A DNA stretch of 64,000 nucleotides from an uncultured Clostridium sp. (GTDB lineage Bacteria > Bacillota > Clostridia > Lachnospirales > Lachnospiraceae): NCBI GenBank assembly GCA_937885015.1, contig CALAAS010000003.1, forward strand, positions 295-64,294. The letters run 5' to 3'. How positions within the stretch are numbered: the first letter of the stretch is position 1; each line of letters begins with the position of its first letter. Made by a program: the position numbers and the translations under genes. Below are positions 26,836-36,144 of this stretch, one piece after another. Under the pieces are notes generated by a model. It did no database searches. It worked only from the letters and a program-made list of their open reading frames with translations, and was not told the DNA's origin.

Positions 26836-27651
26836 TTACCTTAAAAGCATTCCAAACAGTGCCAGAATAATCACGGCATTCCGCTCGCAGCTCTGCAGAA
26901 AATGTCCGGCCAAATCACCGTTAATTCCTCCAAATTCCCTCATAGACATCCGGTAGTAGCAGCCAAAGGTAACCAGACAGGAAAAAATGACCGCCAGGCC
27001 GCAAATCCCTCCCACATACCAGAGAACTGCCATGCAGGCAACTGCCGTTACCATCAACAGAGCAGCAACGGTTTCTTTCGCCGCGGCCTTGGAAAATCCC
27101 GCTGCCAGACCATCTTTTCTGGCCTTTGGAAAGCAAACCACTGAAAAGCCGCTGAGGGCACGCTCCAATACCAATATTCCCGGAAGCAGCAGAAGCTCCT
27201 GTTTTCCCAGCTGAGACACGGCCCCCGCATATAAGAGCAGGTAAACACCGCAGCCGATGACGGCAAAAGCCCCCGCTCTCGGATCTTTTAAAATTTCCAG
27301 TTTTTTCTCCCGGTCTCCGCAGGAACTCCGGGCATCTGTCACATCCAGATATCCATCCAAATGGATCCCACCCGTAATCAAAAGCGGGATTGCCGTCAGA
27401 CCGCAGGCCCGAAAAAACTCCCCGGCCTCCAGCCAGCTGCAGAGCCATATAAAAAAAATATCCGCTGCCCCCACTGCCAGTCCGATAACCGGAAAAAAAC
27501 AGAGCGCATACCTCATACGCCTGTCGGTCCAGGAAATGGTGGGAACCGGGATTCTGGAATACATGGAAATGGCAATCAGAAAGCTTCCGGCCAGATCCCG
27601 AATCCTGTTCATCTCTTTTCTCATCCCCTCTCCAAACGGCATTCTCCGCAC
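26836..27651 (-). CDS. cobS: Adenosylcobinamide-GDP ribazoletransferase (cobalamin synthase)
   Basis: Polytopic membrane protein with the N-terminal SRIPVP motif. The likely start is the ATG at 27624, which overlaps the cobU stop as ATGA and has GGAG 5 nt upstream. Confidence 0.85.
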   Translation of the reverse strand: MRRMPFGEGMRKEMNRIRDLAGSFLIAISMYSRIPVPTISWTDRRMRYALCFFPVIGLAVGAADIFFIWLCSWLEAGEFFRACGLTAIPLLITGGIHLDGYLDVTDARSSCGDREKKLEILKDPRAGAFAVIGCGVYLLLYAGAVSQLGKQELLLLPGILVLERALSGFSVVCFPKARKDGLAAGFSKAAAKETVAALLMVTAVACMAVLWYVGGICGLAVIFSCLVTFGCYYRMSMREFGGINGDLAGHFLQSCERNAVIILALFGMLLR

Positions 27652-28283
27652 CAGAAAACCGGAATGCCATACACGATTTCTGCAATCACGTCCGCCCTGA
27701 CTGCCAGTTCCTGGTTGACGGCTCCAAGAAGCGCCAGATACCGCTCCGACTCCGGATCATAGGTAATCCCGTCGGAAAATATCTCATTAGTTACTATGAT
27801 AAGATTCCGGCACTGATTTTGCAAGTGATTTATCCCTGCCAGAATCCTCTCCTTCGCCCCCTTCTCCTGCTCATAAAACTCGTTGACCACCAGGTTGGAC
27901 ATACATTCCAGCAAAATAACGTGGGAGCACTCCCCCCGGCAGGACCCGGGAAGAACCAGACCATCCAAATCCGTCTCCCGCTCTACCGTCTGAAATCCCT
28001 TGTCTCTTCTCATGTTCCGATGGCGCTCCACACGCCGTTTCCCCTCTTCATCCCAGACACGCATGGTCGCCAGATAGATACACATGCTTTTCCGATCACT
28101 CCCGAAAACATCCGTCTCTTTTTCCGCCTCCCGGCAGAGCTTTTCCGCCAAGTCCTCTGCCCAGGCGGACTTTCCGCTTCCGCTGCCTCCCGTTATCAGA
28201 TATACCATAGTCCCATTTTTCTCCCTTCCGTCTGCCTGTTTTTCAGGTAAGCGGCTGATAGGCTTCGATCGCCATCCCCTCAA
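27621..28283 (-). CDS. cobU: Adenosylcobinamide kinase / adenosylcobinamide-phosphate guanylyltransferase
   Basis: The likely start is at 28208 (MVYLITGGSGSGKS P-loop directly at the N-terminus). YLATMRVWDEEGKRRVERH segment and LIIVTNEI motif. Confidence 0.75.
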   Translation of the reverse strand: MRGWRSKPISRLPEKQADGREKNGTMVYLITGGSGSGKSAWAEDLAEKLCREAEKETDVFGSDRKSMCIYLATMRVWDEEGKRRVERHRNMRRDKGFQTVERETDLDGLVLPGSCRGECSHVILLECMSNLVVNEFYEQEKGAKERILAGINHLQNQCRNLIIVTNEIFSDGITYDPESERYLALLGAVNQELAVRADVIAEIVYGIPVFWCGECRLERG

Positions 28284-29415
28284 AGGTAACCATGCGGCTG
28301 TATACTGCCTTTGCCATATCCAGAAGCGGAAAAAGCGTCAGCGCACCAGTACCTTCTCCCAGGCAAAGGCCCGCCTGCACCGCCGGTTTCAGACCCAGAA
28401 GCTCCAGAAGGAGATTGGCAGCCGGTTCTGCCGATACGTGGGACGCCAAAAGGAAATCCGGAACCCTTTCGTCCACAGCCATGGCCGCTGCCGCTGCTGC
28501 CGCAGAAATCAGGCCGTCCAGCACCACAGGAATGCGAAACACTGCTGCTCCGAGACAGGCTCCGGCCATGGCTGCCAGTTCAAAGCCGCCCACTTTTGAG
28601 AGCACATCCAGACCATCTTCCGGATCCGGCCGATGTCCTGCAATCCCCTCCCGGATTACCTGAATCTTTCTGGCGAGGCCCTCCGAGGAAAGTCCTGCCC
28701 CCCGCCCCGTTACCAGAGCCGGGTCTTCCCTCAGGAATACGGCAGCCACCGCGCTGCTGGTGGTGGTATTTCCGATTCCCATCTCTCCCACAGCCAGGAT
28801 CTGATATCCTCTCTCCTTCAAAACCCGAACAGCCTCCATGCCAGTCAGGACAGACACCAGTGTTTCCCGCCGCGTCATGGCTGGCCTCTTTAGGAAATCA
28901 GCCGTTCCATGGGCAACTTTCCGCTCCAAAAGCGGATGACAGGTTCCCTGTTTCGGAAGCGGGCAGGCAATCCCCACATCCACCGGAAACACCTGGACCC
29001 CGGCACATTCCGCCATCAGGCTGGAACAGCTTTTTCCCCGGGTAATCCCGGATGTTACGGAGGCTGTAACCTCCTGACCAGTCTGGGTTACCCCTTCTGC
29101 CACAATCCCATTGTCTCCGCAGAAGACCACCAGAGCCCGACGCTCTATGGATACCGCCTCACATCCCTGAATTCCGGCAATCCGTGCCAGATTCTCTTCC
29201 AGAACTCCCAGGCTTCCAAGGGGCTTGGCCACCCGGCTCCAGTGAAGCTGCGCCGCCTCCCGGCTCTTTCTGCTGATCGGCTTAATCCGGCTGAGTCTCT
29301 CCTGAAGAATAGTCTCCAGTCTTTCCTGAGAAAACCCCCGAAAATCTTCACAACCCTCCAGGCTCTCTCCTGCCATGGCTTTCCCCTCCCTCTGTAACCA
29401 GTAAAAGTGCTGCAA
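28243..29415 (-). CDS. cobT: Nicotinate-nucleotide--dimethylbenzimidazole phosphoribosyltransferase
   Basis: Signature VGEMGIGNTTTSSA. The likely start is the Met at 29376 (GAGGGAGGGGAAAGCC before the ATG). Confidence 0.9.
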   Translation of the reverse strand: MQHFYWLQREGKAMAGESLEGCEDFRGFSQERLETILQERLSRIKPISRKSREAAQLHWSRVAKPLGSLGVLEENLARIAGIQGCEAVSIERRALVVFCGDNGIVAEGVTQTGQEVTASVTSGITRGKSCSSLMAECAGVQVFPVDVGIACPLPKQGTCHPLLERKVAHGTADFLKRPAMTRRETLVSVLTGMEAVRVLKERGYQILAVGEMGIGNTTTSSAVAAVFLREDPALVTGRGAGLSSEGLARKIQVIREGIAGHRPDPEDGLDVLSKVGGFELAAMAGACLGAAVFRIPVVLDGLISAAAAAAAMAVDERVPDFLLASHVSAEPAANLLLELLGLKPAVQAGLCLGEGTGALTLFPLLDMAKAVYSRMVTFEGMAIEAYQPLT

Positions 29416-29450
29416 ACCTCAAAGTTATCTGATTTTGCAGCACTTTTTCT
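29401..29450. terminator. Terminator-like hairpin between the efflux operon and cobT
   Basis: 10-bp stem GTGCTGCAAA/TTTGCAGCAC (29407-29416 pairs with 29434-29443). It is flanked by TTTTAC on the minus-strand reading and TTTTTCT on the plus-strand reading. Only about 30 nt separate it from the cobT start. Confidence 0.55.
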
Positions 29451-29498
29451 ACAATTTTACACGTTATAGCAACTCCTCTAACCTGTTGCAGTTTATTT

Positions 29499-29527
29499 AT
29501 TATACACCGGATTCCACATCTTGAAAA
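29499..29527 (-). promoter_or_regulatory. Candidate promoter upstream of the cobT leader hairpin
   Basis: Minus strand: -35 TTTTCA (29522-29527), 17-nt spacer, -10 TATAAT (29499-29504) preceded by TG. Confidence 0.35.
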
Positions 29528-29549
29528 GCAGTTTTTCGACGAGTCTGTA

Positions 29550-30737
29550 TCATACTCCCTGCATCGCCCAGTGATATTCCTCGTAGGCCTCGCACAGTGC
29601 GATTTCCGCCGCCTCCTTCTGGGCCTCTTTCTGGGCATAAACGGCCTCTCCGGCCAGAAAGTCTCCCTGGCTGACTGCGCCGGAGTCCCTCTGTATTTTC
29701 AATGCTTCATAATCCTTCCTGGCCGCCTCCCAGGCAGCCACTGCCCCGTCCCGTTCCAGCATAAGCGCCTGGAGTTCCTGAAACAGGCTGTCCATGGCAA
29801 CGCTTGCACTTCCCCTGGCCTCATCAATCTTCTGGCTCCTGAGCTTTCGCTCTGCATCTCCCGAAGCCGTGGAACGGCGCAGTGATTTTACATTGGAATC
29901 TGCAATCACCGCCTTTTCCCGATCCTCCTCAAGATTCAGAGCCTCCAGCTGCCCTGCCGTAATAATCGGCATTTCGCCAACCTCGATCTCCGTCCCTCCT
30001 TTTCCCAGGAAAACAGCCAGCTTCCGTCTGGCCGCATCTGCCTGATCCCGCATGGACTGGGCGGATATCCCGGCAGAAGCCGCCGTCTTCTCCGCCTGAA
30101 GAGCCTCCAGCTCCGTACAGAGGCCAGCTGCCTTCTCGCTCTGCCTTTTCTGAAAAGCTGCCTTACTGGCCTCCGCGTTTTTTTCTGCAGCAACAGCCTG
30201 TGCCTCCAGCTGCCTGCAGGTTCCAAAGAGAACCTGAGCAGCTTTTACCTGAGTCCAGACTGCCTGGTCTCTGGATCGCTGGCTGGAAACGGAATTCAGC
30301 GATTCCATCGCTTTCCGATATTGCCTGGCGGAGGAAGAAAGTACCTTGGCATTCTGTTCATATTGAGCGATCACCGATTCCTCCGCCCCCGCCTCTTCCA
30401 GTTCATCCACCCGGTGGTTCATATCGCTGATCCCGCTGACCATGGTATCGTAGGCCTCCTGGTAAATTGCCAGGCTGGTCTCATACCCGTTCTGATCCGT
30501 AACGGCATCGGCGTTTCCCTGACGCACCAGTTCCTCCAGTTCTTCGTACTGAATAACGGCGTCCTCCAGATTCCCCTCTGCCAGAGTCGGAACAGAAAAA
30601 GCCATGCACATTCCGAGACTGATGGATGCAGCGCGCGCCATAAAACGCCATTTCCAGCTCCTGTTCTGAGTTCCGCTTTGCACCTTTTCCATCTCCTTTT
30701 CTTTAAAACTCTTTTTACGAAGCCGATGCCAGTCCAT
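29550..30737 (-). CDS. TolC/OEP-family-like coiled-coil exported protein (second of two)
   Basis: Signal-peptide-like MARAASISLGMCMAFSVPTLAEG after alternative starts at 30692 or 30641. Long Ala/Gln/Glu-rich helical repeats. Ends ...CEAYEEYHWAMQGV, as OEP repeats do. The start codon is uncertain. Confidence 0.55.
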   Translation of the reverse strand: MDWHRLRKKSFKEKEMEKVQSGTQNRSWKWRFMARAASISLGMCMAFSVPTLAEGNLEDAVIQYEELEELVRQGNADAVTDQNGYETSLAIYQEAYDTMVSGISDMNHRVDELEEAGAEESVIAQYEQNAKVLSSSARQYRKAMESLNSVSSQRSRDQAVWTQVKAAQVLFGTCRQLEAQAVAAEKNAEASKAAFQKRQSEKAAGLCTELEALQAEKTAASAGISAQSMRDQADAARRKLAVFLGKGGTEIEVGEMPIITAGQLEALNLEEDREKAVIADSNVKSLRRSTASGDAERKLRSQKIDEARGSASVAMDSLFQELQALMLERDGAVAAWEAARKDYEALKIQRDSGAVSQGDFLAGEAVYAQKEAQKEAAEIALCEAYEEYHWAMQGV

Positions 30738-31881
30738 TTACGGCCCACTGGTAATTCAGCTGGGCTTCCAGAAGTCCCATGGACGCCGTTTCCATCTGTG
30801 CTCCGGCTTCCGTCAGGGAATATGTCTCATTGGAAGCTTCCATCCGGCTGACAAGGCCTGCCGCCAGCTTTAGATCCATCGTCTCCTTCGTCTTTTTCTC
30901 CAGTTCCAGCGCTCTCCTGGCCTGATCATACTGAGTTTCTGCTAAAACCAGTGACTGCCAGGCTGACTGGACGCTGGACTTTACCGTCTCCCTTCCTGCT
31001 TCCAGAGATGTCTGATACTGTTCTTTCAGCGTACTCTCCATGGCATTATGCGCCTTCCGTTTCAGGATCCTGAGATCATAATTCTGCTCCAGAGCCTTTT
31101 CCATATCTGCTTCCAAACTGACGGATGCACTCATATTTTCCTGCGGCTCTGGCAGCTGCCCAATCTCCGTCTCATCGCCATAATTCCATCCCAGACTCAT
31201 ACATAACGTCTCTCGCGTCGATTCGATGGAATCTTTTGCCTCCTCCACTGCAGCCTGCGCATTCAGAAGCGTTTCCTTTGCATTTAGGACATCGCTCTCT
31301 GTTGCACTGCCCGCAGAGGCTTTGATAAGGATCGCCTCGTAATCCGCCTGCGCGCTCTGTACGCTGTTTTCACTGGTTTCCAGCGTCTTCACAGCCTTCC
31401 AGTAAGAGATCATCTGTTTCTGGGCCGTCTGTACCAGGCTTTTTTCTGTTTTCGTGTATCCCCAGAGGATCACATCACTGTCGGAAACATTTTCGTCTCC
31501 TTTTTCACGCATCTGTCTGGCAGAAGCCTCGCTGCTCTGGGCCGCGGCCAGCCGGCTCCCGTAATTGGCGTCATCCGTATCCGGATATTCAATGCTGGCT
31601 TCAATCTCATCGGCCGCATCGTAGTATTCCTGCGCAATCTCATCGCTGTCTTTTCCCCGGTAATCCTGGTACGCCAGCCGGTTTTCCGTTACGGTGCTGT
31701 TGTATTCCGAAATCAGATCTGCGATTTCGTCAAATTCCAGTTTATTGTCCTGAAGTGCTGCCCATTTTTCTTCTGAATAGGCAAAGGGCGGACTGGCAGC
31801 CAGCGCCCATTCCGGCAACAGCAAAGACAGAGAAAGAGCCATCGAAAATGCAGCCGGAATTTTTCTGTTTATGTATTTCAT
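30715..31881 (-). CDS. TolC/OEP-family-like exported protein (first of two)
   Basis: Signal peptide MKYINRKIPAAFSMALSLSLLLPEWALAA. OEP-type motifs LEADMEKALEQNYDLRILKRK, SATESDVLNAKETLLNAQ and C-terminal LEAQLNYQWAVNGL. Confidence 0.6.
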   Translation of the reverse strand: MKYINRKIPAAFSMALSLSLLLPEWALAASPPFAYSEEKWAALQDNKLEFDEIADLISEYNSTVTENRLAYQDYRGKDSDEIAQEYYDAADEIEASIEYPDTDDANYGSRLAAAQSSEASARQMREKGDENVSDSDVILWGYTKTEKSLVQTAQKQMISYWKAVKTLETSENSVQSAQADYEAILIKASAGSATESDVLNAKETLLNAQAAVEEAKDSIESTRETLCMSLGWNYGDETEIGQLPEPQENMSASVSLEADMEKALEQNYDLRILKRKAHNAMESTLKEQYQTSLEAGRETVKSSVQSAWQSLVLAETQYDQARRALELEKKTKETMDLKLAAGLVSRMEASNETYSLTEAGAQMETASMGLLEAQLNYQWAVNGLASAS

Positions 31882-31907
31882 ATCCGCTTTTCCTTCCTTT
31901 CCCCGGA

Positions 31908-34733
31908 TCAGTCGATATCCGGAATCGGATCCTGTTTCCGGCGGCTCAGCAGAGCATAGTAAACCGGAACCATAAAAAGTGCCACGAAGATCCCGACTGT
32001 CAGGCCTCCGATATCTACGATCGCCAGTCCCTGTGTCGTGGAACCGCTGCTTCCGATGGCCAGCGCCATGGGGATCATGGACAGGATCGTGGTAAGGCTC
32101 GTCATCAGGATCGGTCGGATTCTTGTCGCCCCCGCCTCGATCAGCGCTTTCCTCAGTCCCATTTCCATCCGGTACTGATTTACCGTATCCACGTACAGGA
32201 TTCCGTTGTTGACAACCGTTCCCACAAGAATCAGGAATCCGAGCAGCGATGTCATACTGATGCTTACGCCCGTCATCTTCAGAAGTCCGAAGGAACCCAC
32301 CAGGCTGAAGGGAATTGTCGTCATAACCATGACGGAAAACTTGACTGACTCAAACTGGGCCGCCATGACAACGAATACGAGAAACGTGGCTGTGGCGATC
32401 GCCCCGTACAGAGAACTGAACTCTTCCTGCATCATCCTGTCCCGGCTATTCTGGCCAATAGTAATCGTTCCGGTCAGGTTAGGGGAAATAACCTCGTTAT
32501 TTATAACCTCCTGCACCGCATCTCCCGTATAATCAGCGGATATGGTAATTTCAAAGGAACCGTCTGTTTTGGAAATGGAGGATGGACTGTCTTCAAATAC
32601 CACCTCTGCCACATCGGTCAGGGGTACCTTCGTTCCGTCCGATGATGTCAGCAGGATATCGCTGATCTGATCCACCGTTTCATACTGCCCCTCCGGATAT
32701 TCCACGTTCACAGAAATATCCTCGCCGTCTATTTTTAATGTCGTTGCTTCTACACCGCTTACCATCTGATTCAGGGTATTTCCGATTTCAGAAGCCGTCA
32801 GGCCGTATGTCTTCGCCATGACCGGATCCACTTTCAGTGTGACGATCGGCGCATTGTTTTCAATGCTGGAGTGGACGTTGATCACATCGCTCCGCGCCGT
32901 CATTTCCTTTACGATCCGGTCGCTGACCTCCTTCAGTTCATCGTACTGGGATCCATGGAGGATCACTTCGTACCCGCGCTGCCGTCCCATAAAGCTCATG
33001 GATGCCGACGCCTCCACATCAATGGTACAGTTCTCGATCCCATCCATTTCACTCTGCCACAGATCTGCCACATCCTCCGTATCCATGGTCCGGTCTTCCT
33101 TCAGATAAGCCGTGATGGTTCCGCTTTCCTGGTTATACCGCAGTACATAGGAATCCACCTGGTCGCTGGCTGCCACAATGGCCTCTGCCTCATTTAAGGC
33201 CCCCTCTATCTTTTCCTGGCGGAGTCCCGGTCTGGTTTCAATGGAAACACTCACGGTACCCGTGTCATCCGCCGTCATAAGTTCCGTCTGCATATTCCCG
33301 GCCAGGATCAGCGTTGCCGCCAGGATCAGGACGGAAACGCCCATGACCATTGCCTTGCGGTCCAGAAGGCGCTCCATGATCTCCCGGTACATATTCTGAA
33401 GTTTTTCCACCGGGCGCCCCATCAGGGCCCTTCTGGCCTCTGTTGGCTTGTAAAACAGATAGCACAGCGGCACGATCGTCATGGCCGAAAGAAGGGAGGC
33501 CGACATACAGAATACCACGGTATAACCCAGGGGTTTAAACATCTGCCCTGTCATTCCGTCGAGAAAAGCCAGGGGAATAAATACAACACACGTCGTGATC
33601 GTCGATCCAATGATAGAATTGATAACCACGCCCGTTCCGTGGAGCGCCGCCGAAAAATATCCCAGCGCCCCTTTATCTTCCTGGGCCGCTGTCGCCCGAA
33701 AGCAGCTTTCCAGCACTACAATGGAATTATCCACCATCATGCCCACGCCAAGCACCAGCGCACTCATGGTAATAACATTCAGAGAAAACCCGGCCATGGT
33801 CAGGACGATCAGAGAAAGAAGGATGGAGACGGGAATTGAGCTTCCCACGATCAAAGACGCCTTATAATCTCCGAAAAACAGGAAAATAATAAACATGGAA
33901 ATCACAACGGCCATGACCATGGTTTCCGCCACATCGTACAGCGAATCCAGAATAGTTTCCGACGTGTCATTGGCCACCTCGATGGTCAGGTCAGAATCAT
34001 CGGCCATCAGTTCCTCTACGGTCTTGCGGACTGCCTTTGAAACCTCCATGTCTGTGGCATCCTGCTGCTTCTGAATGGAAACGGTAATGGTCTCCTGGCC
34101 GCTGTAACGGGAAATACCGCCCCGGTCCTCTTCTGCCTCATAAATATCTGCCACATCAGAGAGGGATATAATCTGCCCGGCCGGAATCCGGATTGGAATA
34201 TCTTTAAGTTCCTCCACCTCCTTCGTCTTCAGAGAGGTCGTAACCGAAAGCTCCAGATTTCCCGCCACCGCTTCTCCGGACGGGGAAGAGAGGTTTGCCT
34301 GGCTGATGGCATTCGACACATCGCTCATGGTAAGTCCATAGAGATCCATTTTTTCAGACTGCAGTTCAATCTTTACGTATTTGGAGGAACCGCCCATGGT
34401 CTCAATATTGGCGATGGTGCTGATCCTCTCCAGCTCCGGGACGATCTGCTGATCCACGTAGTCGTAAAGGTTATCCTGGCTGCTGTGGCTGATGGAAAGC
34501 ATCATTCCGGCTCCGGAATTCATATTCATTGCCATGACGCTAGGTTCCACATCTTCCGGCAGACTCCGCTCGATCCCGTCCAGCTTCTGTTTCAGCGCAT
34601 CGTATGCCTCATCCATATCCGGCATCTGCTCAAGTTTCGCGGAAAACACGGAAGAAATCCCGAATACGAGCAGGGTCAGAAGAGCCATAACCGTGGTGAC
34701 CGGGTGTTTCAGAACGTATTTTGTAACTCCCAT
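31908..34733 (-). CDS. RND (AcrB/HAE family) efflux permease, apparently lacking part of the first periplasmic subdomain
   Basis: 941 aa with 12-TM RND architecture and two large loops. TM1 (VMALLTLLVFGISSVF), then LEQMPDMD joins directly to EAYDALKQKLDGIERSLPEDV. In AcrB-type pumps about 57 residues separate the equivalent motifs. Confidence 0.88.
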   Translation of the reverse strand: MGVTKYVLKHPVTTVMALLTLLVFGISSVFSAKLEQMPDMDEAYDALKQKLDGIERSLPEDVEPSVMAMNMNSGAGMMLSISHSSQDNLYDYVDQQIVPELERISTIANIETMGGSSKYVKIELQSEKMDLYGLTMSDVSNAISQANLSSPSGEAVAGNLELSVTTSLKTKEVEELKDIPIRIPAGQIISLSDVADIYEAEEDRGGISRYSGQETITVSIQKQQDATDMEVSKAVRKTVEELMADDSDLTIEVANDTSETILDSLYDVAETMVMAVVISMFIIFLFFGDYKASLIVGSSIPVSILLSLIVLTMAGFSLNVITMSALVLGVGMMVDNSIVVLESCFRATAAQEDKGALGYFSAALHGTGVVINSIIGSTITTCVVFIPLAFLDGMTGQMFKPLGYTVVFCMSASLLSAMTIVPLCYLFYKPTEARRALMGRPVEKLQNMYREIMERLLDRKAMVMGVSVLILAATLILAGNMQTELMTADDTGTVSVSIETRPGLRQEKIEGALNEAEAIVAASDQVDSYVLRYNQESGTITAYLKEDRTMDTEDVADLWQSEMDGIENCTIDVEASASMSFMGRQRGYEVILHGSQYDELKEVSDRIVKEMTARSDVINVHSSIENNAPIVTLKVDPVMAKTYGLTASEIGNTLNQMVSGVEATTLKIDGEDISVNVEYPEGQYETVDQISDILLTSSDGTKVPLTDVAEVVFEDSPSSISKTDGSFEITISADYTGDAVQEVINNEVISPNLTGTITIGQNSRDRMMQEEFSSLYGAIATATFLVFVVMAAQFESVKFSVMVMTTIPFSLVGSFGLLKMTGVSISMTSLLGFLILVGTVVNNGILYVDTVNQYRMEMGLRKALIEAGATRIRPILMTSLTTILSMIPMALAIGSSGSTTQGLAIVDIGGLTVGIFVALFMVPVYYALLSRRKQDPIPDID

Positions 34734-34735
34734 AT

Positions 34736-35908
34736 TTAAACTCCCCCGTTCTCTTTTATCTCCGGGTTTTCCCCGTCAACCGCGCTGTCCTGTCCCTGAA
34801 GGCGTACGGTGGATCCTTCATATAATTGGGAACTCCAGGTGCTGATTACCAGCTCGTCCCCCGAAAGTCCCGATTTAATCTCTGCCAGCTGGGAATCATA
34901 CAGGCCTACCTCCACCTCTTTTTTATGAACCGTTCCGTTTTCATAGACATAAACCTGGCCAACGCCCCCGTCATAGTAAACCGCATCAACCGGCACCGTC
35001 ATGACCTGATCTGCCTTTTCTGATACAACGGTTATTCTGACGGAAGTTCCCGCCGAAAGGGCATCCGCCTCGGGAAGCTCCGCCTTTACCTTAAACAGAC
35101 CGTTTCCTTCTTCGGCTATGGCGCTGACATCTGTGATCGTTCCGTCATAGGAGGAACCATTTTTTTCTATAATCACGCCATCCCCCTGGTTCAGATTTTG
35201 GATCACCCGCTCTGTCACATAAAAAGAAACCCGCTTTTCTCCCTCTCCGGAAATGACGCAGATCGTATCCTGCTGGTTCACGTGATCGTACACATCCAGG
35301 TCAAAGGTTTCTACTTTTCCGGAAATGGGGGATGTAATGGAGCTGTATTCGACCTGTTTGTTATAATTCAGCTTCGCAGATTCATAGTTCAGCTTCGCCG
35401 TTTTCTCCGCATTCTGGTACTGCTCCCATTCCTGATCGGAAATTGCACCGGCCTCGTAAAGAAGCTGCATTCTGGATCGGGTCCCAGAGGCCTCCGAAAG
35501 GGAAATGGCCGCAGAATCCATCGTATTTTTAGCGCTTTCCACCTGCTCCGTATCAATGGTGCAGAGCAGCTGGCCCGCTTCCACCATCTGGCCGGCACTG
35601 ACGCCAACCTTTGTCACATCGCCGGAGGCCTTCGCATACACGTACACCACATCTGATGCCTCCACCGTCCCGGAAGTGCTGGTGGTTCGTTCAATGCTTC
35701 CTGTCTTGGGGTTCTCTGCATTTACTGTCGCCATATTATCTGCCTGCCCGGCCATCTGCGGCCCTCCCGGCCCTCCAGCCTTTCTTCCTCCGCCGCCCAG
35801 GCGAACGGCAATCAGAACCAGAAAAACTGCACATGTCAGGCCAATCACAGCCGTTCTTTTTTTATGGCGCAGAGCCGATTCTTTCAGTAAACGCATCTTT
35901 TCTCTCAT
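34736..35908 (-). CDS. Efflux RND periplasmic adaptor (membrane fusion protein, HlyD-like)
   Basis: N-terminal TM anchor (AVIGLTCAVFLVLIAV), a lipoyl-like hairpin (GTVEASDVVYVYAKASGDVTKVGVSAGQMVEAGQLL), a coiled-coil segment and a beta-barrel C-terminus. Confidence 0.85.
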   Translation of the reverse strand: MREKMRLLKESALRHKKRTAVIGLTCAVFLVLIAVRLGGGGRKAGGPGGPQMAGQADNMATVNAENPKTGSIERTTSTSGTVEASDVVYVYAKASGDVTKVGVSAGQMVEAGQLLCTIDTEQVESAKNTMDSAAISLSEASGTRSRMQLLYEAGAISDQEWEQYQNAEKTAKLNYESAKLNYNKQVEYSSITSPISGKVETFDLDVYDHVNQQDTICVISGEGEKRVSFYVTERVIQNLNQGDGVIIEKNGSSYDGTITDVSAIAEEGNGLFKVKAELPEADALSAGTSVRITVVSEKADQVMTVPVDAVYYDGGVGQVYVYENGTVHKKEVEVGLYDSQLAEIKSGLSGDELVISTWSSQLYEGSTVRLQGQDSAVDGENPEIKENGGV

Positions 35909-36144
35909 ATTTTCTTCATTCCTCTCTCCACAGGATACTGGTTTTTAAAGTTTTTCAAGTTCAAGCACTACTATACCACCCCTTTTTAAATGGAATTTCA
36001 ACCGAATATAAACTGGACTTAAACGAACCGTGAAATTTTTGTGATTCCCTGTCCCACTTCTTTTCTTTTTTCCGGAAAATGTTTACAATAGATATAACGA
36101 TATAATAAATATGAAACAACCACTCAAAAAAGGCGGATACTTTC

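Noticed and set aside
26921-27685. 254-aa minus-strand ORF in an alternative frame of cobS.
   Set aside because: The cobS frame carries the family motif (SRIPVP) and the expected TM pattern. The alternative frame is Gly/Arg-rich with no features.
28311-29045. 244-aa Pro-rich plus-strand ORF, and other ORFs, antisense to cobT.
   Set aside because: Typical antisense shadows of a GC-rich gene. The cobT assignment is unambiguous (GEMGIGNTT).
36082-36106. TTTACA ... TATAAT upstream of the response regulator, considered as its promoter.
   Set aside because: The spacer is only 13 nt, and no alternative hexamer pair with 16-18 nt spacing is convincing. The promoter is left uncalled.
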